Source: Candidatus Anstonellales archaeon (GTDB lineage: Archaea; Micrarchaeota; Micrarchaeia; Anstonellales; J096). From it: DNA of 64,000 bases. The stretch covers positions 320,001-384,000 of the forward strand of contig JAWACY010000001.1 in assembly GCA_038896535.1 (NCBI GenBank), read 5' to 3'. The position numbers and the translations under genes are program-made. This document shows positions 1 through 8,083 of this stretch, in pieces. Below the pieces are notes generated by a model. That model did not search any database, was not told where the DNA came from, and worked only from the letters and a program-made list of their open reading frames with translations. The stretch's first letter is position 1; the number at the start of each line of letters is the position of its first letter.

Positions 1-91
1 GAATTTCAGCATATAATAAATTTTCTATAAATTATTTTTTAAACTTACTGCATTGTACATATAAGATAAGGTTAGCTCCTTCTTCACAAAG

Positions 92-265
92 TTAATAATA
101 GGGGCTGGATGTTTGTAAGAAGGCGCACATATAAGGGCATTGCCTTCTTACCTGGAAGATTGTAAGAAGGCATGTATATAAGCCAATTTGCCTTCTTCCC
201 ACAGGTAATAATAGGGGCGGGATGTTTGTAAGAAGGCGCGTATAATAGGGTTAGCGCCTTCTTAC
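92..265. repeat. Cluster of three palindromic units (GTAAGAAGGC-N14-18-GCCTTCTTAC), REP/BIME-like
   Basis: Stems at 115-124/142-151, 164-172/189-197 and 228-239/254-265 (12-bp perfect). Linker TAATAATAGGGGC(T/-)GG(G)ATGTTT precedes units 1 and 3. An inverted homologue lies at 42377-42500. Confidence 0.9.
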
Positions 266-301
266 CCTCTATTTTAAAACTTTTAGTTGAATATTTCTGG
301 C

Positions 302-1423
302 ATGAAAGAAGTACATAAATTGACATGGGCTTTTTGGGCGTTGGAAAAAGATAAAATAATAGATATAATAATACTAATAAGGGTTTTGTCTATAAGCCTT
401 GTTTCGATATTTTTACCAGCATATTTTTTAAAAGATTTTTCAATTGATGCATTTATCTATTATTTTGCTGGTTATGCACTTGCAGGCTTGACAGCAGTTT
501 ATTCCATTTCATATTTAGTAAAAAGCAAAATGAATGATAAAGCAATGCTTATTTCTGTTTTGTGTTTTGCTCTTGGCATGATCTTTATGCAGCAAAAGAG
601 TTATGCTGCAATATTTATAGCTTCATTCCTGCTTGCTGTTGCAGAAAGGGCATTTTGGATACCGTTTCATTATATATATTCACTTACAGTTGATAAAAAA
701 GAAAAGGCATATGCCATTATAAATAGCATTGTATATTTAGCCCCATTTTTAAGTCCTTTAATAGGGCTTTTAATAGTCGATTTTTTTGGTTTTGATTCTC
801 TTTTCACATTTGCACTCATTTTTTATAGTTTGAATATAATATTGTATAAATTTACAAATCTAAAAATAAGAAAGAAATTTAATATAAAGCCAGTTTTAAG
901 GTTTGATGGGCTTTATTTTGCTGATGTGTTAAAGACAAATGTCCTTGGTTTAATATGGCCTACAATGCTCTTAATATTCGGTTGGGAATTAAAAGACATC
1001 ATATTTCTTTTTTCAGTTTGTTATTTAATATCTGGTTTGATATCATTATTTAATGCACAGTATTTAAATGCAAAAATAAGAACAACGCTAAGCCCAAAGC
1101 TTGCTTTTGTGCATAGCCTATCAATATTATTAAGAGCATTTCCAGCACCTTTAATAAATGGCATATCAGCTTTGATTGGTTTTTCTGCTAATGTTATTTT
1201 TGATTCTCATTATATGGCTTACTTTTACAGCAGGGCAAAAAATAATATATCAGAAGTAATTAATAGAGAGCTTAACATTGCATTTGGTTATATATTCTTA
1301 TTTTTATCTTCTTTCATATTTAGCATTTTTACATATGAAACATTTGTTTTCCTAATGTTGCTAACTGCAATTGGCTCCATGTATGTCTCAGTATTTTTCA
1401 CAAAGCATGAATATAAGGAATAA
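302..1423 (+). CDS. MFS-like multi-pass membrane transporter
   Basis: About 12 hydrophobic segments in two halves; MFS-like 'FWIPFH...APFLSPLIG'. ATG 302 lies 22 nt after TTTTAAAA (272-279). Confidence 0.7.
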   Translation: MKEVHKLTWAFWALEKDKIIDIIILIRVLSISLVSIFLPAYFLKDFSIDAFIYYFAGYALAGLTAVYSISYLVKSKMNDKAMLISVLCFALGMIFMQQKSYAAIFIASFLLAVAERAFWIPFHYIYSLTVDKKEKAYAIINSIVYLAPFLSPLIGLLIVDFFGFDSLFTFALIFYSLNIILYKFTNLKIRKKFNIKPVLRFDGLYFADVLKTNVLGLIWPTMLLIFGWELKDIIFLFSVCYLISGLISLFNAQYLNAKIRTTLSPKLAFVHSLSILLRAFPAPLINGISALIGFSANVIFDSHYMAYFYSRAKNNISEVINRELNIAFGYIFLFLSSFIFSIFTYETFVFLMLLTAIGSMYVSVFFTKHEYKE

Positions 1424-1443
1424 TGTAAAGTATTTTTTCATTT

Positions 1444-2826
1444 TTATTTCTTTTTAATTGACGCTAAAAGAGATTTTATTTTTTTCCTTGTTTTTTCTAT
1501 CTCAGCATTTAACATTTCATGCTCCTGCTCAATATCTGTTATTTTACTATTTAATTGTTCTTCTATCTGCTCAAGCTTTTCTGCGTATGATTCAAAAGCT
1601 TTTATTGCAATCTTATTTATTTCTTTTTCATAAGCCTCTCTATACTTATTCATACTGCTCTCTAATTCAGAAACATCATTTCTGTATTTCAATGCAATAT
1701 CCTCTATCAATTTTTCTACTTTTTCTGTTTCATCTAATTTTTTCTTAAGCCTCTCTTCAAGGCCGCCCTTTTTATCCATCTGCTCAACAATATGCCCGAG
1801 CCTTTGTTCCATTTGCTTTTTCTCATCTGCTAAACGTGAAATTGCGTCAGAGGTCTTAACCATCAAATTTGCTATTTCATCAAATTGTAATGATAATTTT
1901 GCAAGCATTCTTTCATGTTCTTTAATTGCTTTATCTATCTCTTGTATTGAATCTTTTATTGTTTTTATCTCTCCATTTACTTTTTTCATTTCTTCAGAGA
2001 AGGAATCGAGCTCATTCTTCAGAAGCATTTTATAATCTCTAATGCCATTTTTTATTGATTCAATATTATTTGCCTGCCCTTTTATAAGATTTTGAAGCTC
2101 AGTTAAAGATAAGCGATTTTCTTTATTAGTAATCTTTTTTAGCAAATCTAATGAATGCAATGCTTCTTCTTTCAATAATGACAATTTCTTCTGCGCTTCA
2201 AGCATTGAGTCTATTACAGCATTAACTTCTGCTTCAGCTTCATTATAAATTTGTTTTGCCTTTACTTTTTCTAAATATTCTCTTTTTGCTAAAAGTTCAT
2301 GTAATACTGCTTGCTGTTTCTCTATCTCCTTTATTATTTCTTTTACATGCCCTGCTTTTGCTTCCTGCTTTTCCCTAACTTTCCCTACATTTTCTTGTTC
2401 TTTGCTTCTATATAAGCCCTTGCCATGCTTTTCTTGACTGCGTTTTATTTTCTGGCCGTTTTTTATTTCTCCAGCGATGTTAATATTGCCGTATTCTTTT
2501 TCTTGCATTTTTGTTTGTTCCTTAATCTCATTTTTTATGATTTCTTGATTTATTGCTTGCTTGGCACTTTCTTGAATTTGTTCTTCGCTTATTCTTGGCT
2601 TATCTTCTTCTTCAAAGTTATCGTGTTCAAGAAGCCATATAGCATATTTCTTGGTAAATTTATACTCTATTTTTACATACCCCTCTTCGCTTAAAATCTG
2701 AAGCCAGTAATTAACTTTTAATGGGTCCATGTTTAGATGTGCAGCAATGTCTTCAATGCTTGCCCTCTTCTCTTTTGCAATATACTTTATTAATTTATCA
2801 ACATCAGTATTTATGGAAATCTCCAT
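1444..2826 (-). CDS. Hypothetical protein: N-terminal winged helix plus long coiled coil
   Basis: N-terminus TDVDKLIKYI..ASIEDIAAHL..YWLQILSEEGYVKI is wHTH-like, followed by ~300 aa of E/K/Q-rich heptads. No Walker motifs. GGTGG RBS. Confidence 0.65.
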   Translation of the reverse strand: MEISINTDVDKLIKYIAKEKRASIEDIAAHLNMDPLKVNYWLQILSEEGYVKIEYKFTKKYAIWLLEHDNFEEEDKPRISEEQIQESAKQAINQEIIKNEIKEQTKMQEKEYGNINIAGEIKNGQKIKRSQEKHGKGLYRSKEQENVGKVREKQEAKAGHVKEIIKEIEKQQAVLHELLAKREYLEKVKAKQIYNEAEAEVNAVIDSMLEAQKKLSLLKEEALHSLDLLKKITNKENRLSLTELQNLIKGQANNIESIKNGIRDYKMLLKNELDSFSEEMKKVNGEIKTIKDSIQEIDKAIKEHERMLAKLSLQFDEIANLMVKTSDAISRLADEKKQMEQRLGHIVEQMDKKGGLEERLKKKLDETEKVEKLIEDIALKYRNDVSELESSMNKYREAYEKEINKIAIKAFESYAEKLEQIEEQLNSKITDIEQEHEMLNAEIEKTRKKIKSLLASIKKK

Positions 2827-2838
2827 GAAACCACCAAA

Positions 2839-3375
2839 TTAAGATGCAAATCCTATGTCTTTATCTTTTATCAATATTTTCCATGTTCCAGATAATTTTT
2901 TGCTTGCTTTTCTATATGCTTCTTGTACAACAGGAATAAATTGCTTATATGTATAAACAGAAAAAACAGGCTGCCCTTGCCTTATTAGTGCTGCTTTATG
3001 TGTTGGTTTACCAAATGCTCTTCTCATACCTTTACTTATTCTATCTGCTCCGGCGCCAGCAACCATCCTGTTTTCCCTTATAATATGATGCGGATATGGT
3101 CTGACTCTAAAAAAGTATTTGCCGCTTGCGCCCTTCTCAAGCTGTCTAACAACAGTTTGCCTTGATGCTTCTAAGGCATTATCCCTATGGTAATATGTCT
3201 GCTCTGCAACAAGCTCTATTAAAACTTCATAATTTTGCTTAACGCCTGTTTGGAATTGGTGTAAATGTTGATGTGGCTCTGTTTTGACATAATTTTTACT
3301 CATGTTGCTTTTGCTTTTTCTTGTATATGGCACTTTATCAACATCTCTAAATGTTCTTGCGGGTCTTATTGGCAT
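2839..3375 (-). CDS. rpl10e: 50S ribosomal protein uL16 (L10e)
   Basis: RPYPHHIIRENRMVAGAGADRISKGMRRAFGKP signature. ATG 3375 follows a GGTGGT RBS. Confidence 0.97.
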   Translation of the reverse strand: MPIRPARTFRDVDKVPYTRKSKSNMSKNYVKTEPHQHLHQFQTGVKQNYEVLIELVAEQTYYHRDNALEASRQTVVRQLEKGASGKYFFRVRPYPHHIIRENRMVAGAGADRISKGMRRAFGKPTHKAALIRQGQPVFSVYTYKQFIPVVQEAYRKASKKLSGTWKILIKDKDIGFAS

Positions 3376-3447
3376 AATTACCACCTATAATAGATTATAT
3401 ATGTGAAGCATACATATTTTAAATATAACGAAACATTAACATTTCAT

Positions 3448-3978
3448 ATGAGAAGGCATTTGCACATGCACATGTTCAAAAAAGTACATAATAAAAATAA
3501 ATTATTACTCTTTTTATTCATTTTTATCATTGCCCTTGTTAATGGCTGCTTAGTAAGGAAAGACCTAGTCTTAGCAAGAAATTGCAATGCCCTTGATGGC
3601 ACTGACAAGCTTGATTGCTATTATGAGAAGGCACTTTACCACACTTTTGATGGAGAATACAATGCAGCATTTCAGCAATGTCAACAGATAAGCGCTGGTT
3701 TTGGTGGTGGCCTAACATCAATAAAACAGGTTTTCTCTGGAGTTGATGAAGCTTATTACAATAAATGCGTAACAAATATAGCAGTTGTAAGCTTAAATGA
3801 TAGTTGGTGCTCCCAAACGAAATCAGGAACAATTACTGGCATATTCACTTCTATCATAGATTTACATAAAGAAGAATGTCTATCTGCTGTTAGAGAGGAA
3901 ATAAGAAAAAGGTCTGGTATGGCAAGCATGAGTAATATGTGGGAATGCATTTTAAACCCCTACAGTAGGAGTTGTTGA
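3448..3978 (+). CDS. Cys-rich predicted lipoprotein
   Basis: Hydrophobic signal ending LVNGC; spaced Cys pattern (DCYYEKA..QQCQQI..KCVTNIA..WCSQ..ECL). Start codon uncertain. Confidence 0.6.
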   Translation: MRRHLHMHMFKKVHNKNKLLLFLFIFIIALVNGCLVRKDLVLARNCNALDGTDKLDCYYEKALYHTFDGEYNAAFQQCQQISAGFGGGLTSIKQVFSGVDEAYYNKCVTNIAVVSLNDSWCSQTKSGTITGIFTSIIDLHKEECLSAVREEIRKRSGMASMSNMWECILNPYSRSC

Positions 3979-4019
3979 AATAAGAAAAGTAATAACATAA
4001 CAAACTAATAATTAAAAGC

Positions 4020-4125
4020 TAAGCTAATAATTAAAAACTCTTACTTGAAAATACATATATGGGACAAAAGGGACAAACTAAAAGGGAAGGGGAAAAAGAA
4101 AAGCTTGGTGTATTTGGGAGAAAAA
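4020..4125 (+). repeat. Partial copy of the dispersed ~520-bp repeat (promoter/start segment)
   Basis: GAAGGGGAAAAAGAAAAGCT at 4086-4105 is identical to 18044-18063; ATACATATA..GGGACAAACTA matches ~59492-59521. Confidence 0.7.
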
Positions 4126-4239
4126 TGTAAAAAAGTTTATGATGCAAGTTCTTAATGCAAGTTTAAGGCAAAAGGCCACTTAGACTTAAAAAAGCTGATA
4201 TTGGCTTACTTATAATGTTTAATTTTAATGTTTATAATT

Positions 4240-4863
4240 TTATTCTCCTTCTAATTCAAGCCTCTCAAAATATGATATTGGCACTTTAAATTCGTCATAT
4301 GATTTAATTTTTCCTTCTTTTAAAAGCATCTCCCTTACAAAAAGCCAGAAAAATACTGCAAGGCTTTTTCTGCCTTTATTGTTCATTGGTATTACATAAT
4401 TTATTCCATTAGCACTATTATCAGTATCAACAAGCCCTATAATAGGAATTTTCATATAACTCGCCTCTTTTATTGCTTCTCTTTCGCTTCTAGGATCGCA
4501 TACTATCACAATGCTTGGCTCTCTAAATTGTTTTGCCTCAGGATTTGTGAAAGTACCAGGAATGAACCTTTTTGATACAATATCAATCTTTGGCAAAAAC
4601 TTCTGCGCTTTTTTAGCAGCATTTGTTGCATAAACCCTTGTTGCTATTATGCATATTTCTTCTTGTTTATAATTTTTTAATTCATTTATTGCATCTCTTA
4701 TCCCATTATCTATTGCTTTCATATCTATTATGTATATTCCATCTTTCCTTTTTTTGTATATGAATTTTATTGTATCTGCATTTCTTAACTTTGTCCCTAT
4801 ATGAATGCCTGATTCAAGGTATTTCTCAACAGGCAATAAAAGCCCAGAAGTTTCTTCTTCCAT
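4240..4863 (-). CDS. rps2: 30S ribosomal protein uS2
   Basis: YLESGIHIGTK, RFIPGTFTNP and IPMNNKGRKSLA motifs. Confidence 0.97.
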   Translation of the reverse strand: MEEETSGLLLPVEKYLESGIHIGTKLRNADTIKFIYKKRKDGIYIIDMKAIDNGIRDAINELKNYKQEEICIIATRVYATNAAKKAQKFLPKIDIVSKRFIPGTFTNPEAKQFREPSIVIVCDPRSEREAIKEASYMKIPIIGLVDTDNSANGINYVIPMNNKGRKSLAVFFWLFVREMLLKEGKIKSYDEFKVPISYFERLELEGE

Positions 4864-4888
4864 TTTATCCCTCTTATTTTATCTTTAA

Positions 4889-4978
4889 TGGGGCCGCCGA
4901 GATTTTCAGGCTTATACCTTTTGAACTCGGATCACAGGCACCCCAAGCCTGCAGGCTTCCAGGTTACCCCACGGCCCC
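4889..4978 (-). tRNA. tRNA-Pro(GGG) with a 17-nt intron at position 59/60 (T-loop)
   Basis: Acceptor GGGGCCG/CGGCCCC+A; anticodon arm CAGGC-TTGGGGT-GCCTG; T arm CCGAG-TTCAAA|intron 4903-4919|T-CTCGG with a canonical bulge-helix-bulge. CCA not encoded. Confidence 0.93.
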
Positions 4979-4994
4979 TTTCTCTTCTTTCTTA

Positions 4995-5192
4995 TCATTC
5001 TCTTATGTAAGGTATTATATCATCCATTAGCTCTACATGGCCTAAGAACATTCTTCTGCAACAATATCTCTTTATGCCAAGATCATCAAAAACTTGTTCT
5101 GGTTTTTCTCCAGCATTTACTTTTTCTTTATAATGCTTCCACAGATGTGCTAAAACCTTTCCACAAGAAAAACATCTTACAGGAAATTCCAT
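4995..5192 (-). CDS. rpoN: RNA polymerase subunit Rpo10 (N)
   Basis: PVRCFSCGK and RYCCRRM zinc motifs; operon position. Confidence 0.97.
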   Translation of the reverse strand: MEFPVRCFSCGKVLAHLWKHYKEKVNAGEKPEQVFDDLGIKRYCCRRMFLGHVELMDDIIPYIRE

Positions 5193-5209
5193 GAAACCAC
5201 CTATATAAA

Positions 5210-5677
5210 TTACCTATAGCTTTTCTGGAACCTTGCCCTTGCTTTTCTGCCTTTGTATTTCTTTGGCTCAACCCTTCTCGTATCTTCAACAACAAGCGAT
5301 TTATCAATGTTATAATATGTTTTAAGTAATTCATTATCATTAAGATATTCGGATATGCCAACTGCTATTGCTCTTCTTGCTGCTTGTATTTGCCCCATTA
5401 AGCCGCCGCCCTTTGCATTAACTACAATATCTAAATTTTCTTCATTAGCTTTTGGAGCTAATATTAATGGCTCTAATAACATATGTTTCAAATACTCATT
5501 TTCAATTGCATCTGCAGAAATGCCATTAAAAATAAGCCTTGTTTTCTTGCCCTTTTTTATTCTGGCTATTGCTATAGCCCTTTTTCTCTTTCCCCTAGCT
5601 ACAACAACCCTTACTTGGCCCTTTTTTTCTTTATCCTTTATATTTTTTGCCCTGACATTTTTTGTACTCCTAACCAT
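5210..5677 (-). CDS. rps9: 30S ribosomal protein uS9
   Basis: [17 protein letters not shown] and C-terminal [10 protein letters not shown]. Confidence 0.97.
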   Translation of the reverse strand: MVRSTKNVRAKNIKDKEKKGQVRVVVARGKRKRAIAIARIKKGKKTRLIFNGISADAIENEYLKHMLLEPLILAPKANEENLDIVVNAKGGGLMGQIQAARRAIAVGISEYLNDNELLKTYYNIDKSLVVEDTRRVEPKKYKGRKARARFQKSYR

Positions 5678-5678
5678 T

Positions 5679-6089
5679 TTATCCCTTCCATCCTAAATAT
5701 GAGCATAAATCTGCCATTGTTATGTAATTTTTTAATTCTTTCATTGCCTCATCTACCTTTGTGCCTTGAACATTTAAAGGATTGCCTATATAAACCTTTA
5801 ACCTCTTGAAAGCTTGCCTTCCTTTTGCTTTCTTTCTTGGCAACATTCCTCTTATAATGCGCCTTAATAAAAGGTTTGGCACTTTCGGCCATTTTGGACT
5901 TTTTTCTGGATTTTGTTTTGTTTGCAAATTCCTTCTTGTTTTATATTTTCTTATTATGTATTCCTTATTTCCAGATATTAATGCTTTTTCAGCATTTATA
6001 ATTACAACCTGCTCTCCATTTAGCAATGCCTTTGCAACCTTGCTTGCAAGCCTTCCCAATACAGCATTTTCCGCATCTATTACCAGCAT
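5679..6089 (-). CDS. rpl13: 50S ribosomal protein uL13
   Basis: VIDAENAVLGRLASKVAK and IIRGMLP motifs. Confidence 0.97.
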   Translation of the reverse strand: MLVIDAENAVLGRLASKVAKALLNGEQVVIINAEKALISGNKEYIIRKYKTRRNLQTKQNPEKSPKWPKVPNLLLRRIIRGMLPRKKAKGRQAFKRLKVYIGNPLNVQGTKVDEAMKELKNYITMADLCSYLGWKG

Positions 6090-6097
6090 GTCACCAC

Positions 6098-6439
6098 CTA
6101 TACTATTATCATTACATCTTGAAAATTTTTTATCTCATTATGGGCTTGTTTTATCGATATTGCCTTTCCTCCAATGTTTTCTATCCCCTGCTTTGCTTTT
6201 TTACTATAAGAAAAAGCAGCCACAACAATCTTTTTTGTTAATGTTCCATTACCAAGCACTTTTCCTGGCACTATGACAGTTTTTCCTTCTTCTACAAATT
6301 TTTCTATCTTCTCCAAGTTAACAACGACCCTCTTTCTTCTAGGCTTTTCAATTAGCTTCAATACTGCTCTCCAAAAAGGCCTTTTATCCTTTTTTAGAGT
6401 ATTTATTGTGTCCAATAATTCAGCATTTTCAATATTCAT
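6098..6439 (-). CDS. rpl18e: 50S ribosomal protein eL18
   Basis: VNLEKI..VIVPGKVLGNG..AFSYS..A motifs; first gene of the operon. Confidence 0.95.
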   Translation of the reverse strand: MNIENAELLDTINTLKKDKRPFWRAVLKLIEKPRRKRVVVNLEKIEKFVEEGKTVIVPGKVLGNGTLTKKIVVAAFSYSKKAKQGIENIGGKAISIKQAHNEIKNFQDVMIIV

Positions 6440-6520
6440 TTTATCACCAATACACGCGCAGTGCGCTCGCTCCTTGTAAAAGGAACTGAATAATAGTATT
6501 AATAAAAGGTATTAAAAATG

Positions 6521-7759
6521 TTATGCAAAAATTACTTTAAGCCAGAATAACGGACTTGTCAGCATTTTTCTGTAATTAAGTCCCTCTTGGTCTGTCAATG
6601 TGCTTGATATGAAATCTCTTATATCTTTATTTCTTATTGCCTTGTCTATTATCATGTTTAAAAGGAATTTATGTCTTCCAAGCCTTTGCAATTTATACAT
6701 TGTTTGCAATTCATCATCCAAATGCTTTCTTAAAAGCTCGTCATAAAGCTTCAGCGTGTTTGAAGAAAAATCCTGTTTTTTAAATGCTTGCTCTATTGCT
6801 ATGCTTGCAAGTTTTCCTGAAAGCAATGCATTGCCAACACCTTCTCCTGTGAATGGGTCTATTAAACAACAAGCATCTCCAACAAGCAAATAGCCATTCC
6901 CATATCCCTTTCTTCTCTTACTCCCTAATGGCAAGCCCCATCCAATTGGCTGTTCCAAAGGCTTTGCATTCTTAAATCTATGAGCAACAATCTCATTATT
7001 TATTGCTTTTGCTAGCTCTGCCTTTAAATCAATCCTTTTTTTCTTTATCTCTTTTGTTATCATACCAATGCCAACATTTGCCATTTTATTTGGCAATGGA
7101 AAGATCCAGAAATAGCCAGGCAATATGTTGTCCATAAAATGTAATTCTATTTTATCTTCCATTCCTTCAACGCCTTGCCAATATTGCCTCAAAGCAATAA
7201 CATGATGCTCATCATCTATCTTTTCTGCATCTGTTTTTGCAGCAACAATGCTGCTTGCTCCATCAGCACCAATAACAACGTTTGCATATATATCTTTTAC
7301 CCCATCCTTTGTTTGTGCCTTTAAACCAATAACATTGCCTTTATCATCTTTTAATACATCAATAACACTTGCTTCTTCAATAACATCGCAATTTTCCTTT
7401 ACAGCATTGAACAAGTGATTGTCCCCTATAAAACGCCTGACAATATAACCAGCCGGGCCATTTTTGTTATTTTTATTTTCAACCTTCAATATTTTTCCTT
7501 TTGGAGAGCTAAATATTACGCCATTAATATCAAAATGCTCCTCTTTTTCATATGCTTTTAACAAGCCCAGCTCATTCAATATTTTTACTGATTTCCCGCC
7601 AACAGCATCTCCACAAACTTTATCCCTTGGGAATTTTCTTTTTTCTATCACTATTACTCTATATCCTTTTTTTGCTAAAAATAATGCACTTGAACTTCCA
7701 GCAGGCCCTGAGCCAGCTATTGCTACATCATATTTTTTATTTTCCATATTACCATCCAT
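6521..7759 (-). CDS. Geranylgeranyl reductase family FAD oxidoreductase
   Basis: GSGPAG, FPRDKVCG, GADG, GYFWIFP and LVGDA..IDPFTGEG motifs. Confidence 0.9.
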   Translation of the reverse strand: MDGNMENKKYDVAIAGSGPAGSSSALFLAKKGYRVIVIEKRKFPRDKVCGDAVGGKSVKILNELGLLKAYEKEEHFDINGVIFSSPKGKILKVENKNNKNGPAGYIVRRFIGDNHLFNAVKENCDVIEEASVIDVLKDDKGNVIGLKAQTKDGVKDIYANVVIGADGASSIVAAKTDAEKIDDEHHVIALRQYWQGVEGMEDKIELHFMDNILPGYFWIFPLPNKMANVGIGMITKEIKKKRIDLKAELAKAINNEIVAHRFKNAKPLEQPIGWGLPLGSKRRKGYGNGYLLVGDACCLIDPFTGEGVGNALLSGKLASIAIEQAFKKQDFSSNTLKLYDELLRKHLDDELQTMYKLQRLGRHKFLLNMIIDKAIRNKDIRDFISSTLTDQEGLNYRKMLTSPLFWLKVIFA

Positions 7760-7779
7760 ATAAGAGATGTAAAAAAACA

Positions 7780-7787
7780 TTTAAAAA
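7780..7787. promoter_or_regulatory. Candidate shared TATA box for a divergent leaderless gene pair
   Basis: TTTAAAAA centred between ATG 7759 (-) and ATG 7807 (+), about 20 nt from each. Confidence 0.5.
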
Positions 7788-7806
7788 TTTGAATGCACAT
7801 TTATTT

Positions 7807-8010
7807 ATGCCTTTTTCAATAGGATTGACATTTACTTTTATAGGGGAATTTATGCTTGCAGTTGCTATATATTTAGTGCACGGAAAATTGCTACAAGAGA
7901 AAAGGCTGGATAAAAAGGTTTTTATGGAACTGTATAAAGAAGAAATAATAACTATTATAGCAATACTATTTTTATTATCCGGCTATATAATGCAGATATT
8001 TGACATATGA
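7807..8010 (+). CDS. Small two-TM membrane protein (67 aa)
   Basis: 3' part of the 7552-8010 ORF; two hydrophobic helices flank a charged loop; TATA-to-ATG spacing fits. Confidence 0.65.
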   Translation: MPFSIGLTFTFIGEFMLAVAIYLVHGKLLQEKRLDKKVFMELYKEEIITIIAILFLLSGYIMQIFDI

Positions 8011-8083
8011 ATAGAGAATATAACTCAATGACAGCTGGCCATTAAAAAAGAGGAATATGCCTTGCTATTAGATAAGTAATTTT

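Noticed and set aside
92..265. CRISPR array interpretation of the palindromic clusters (also 42377-42535)
   Set aside because: The intervening sequences are related to each other rather than unique spacers, there are only 2-3 units per locus, and no cas genes are in the window.
84..326. 80-aa ORF here and 88-aa ORF at 42350-42616 sharing the peptide MPSYNLP
   Set aside because: The similarity comes from translating the same palindromic DNA repeat; the second ORF also starts inside tRNA-Leu.
1444..2826. SMC/Rad50 call
   Set aside because: No Walker A/B, signature motif, hinge or zinc hook.
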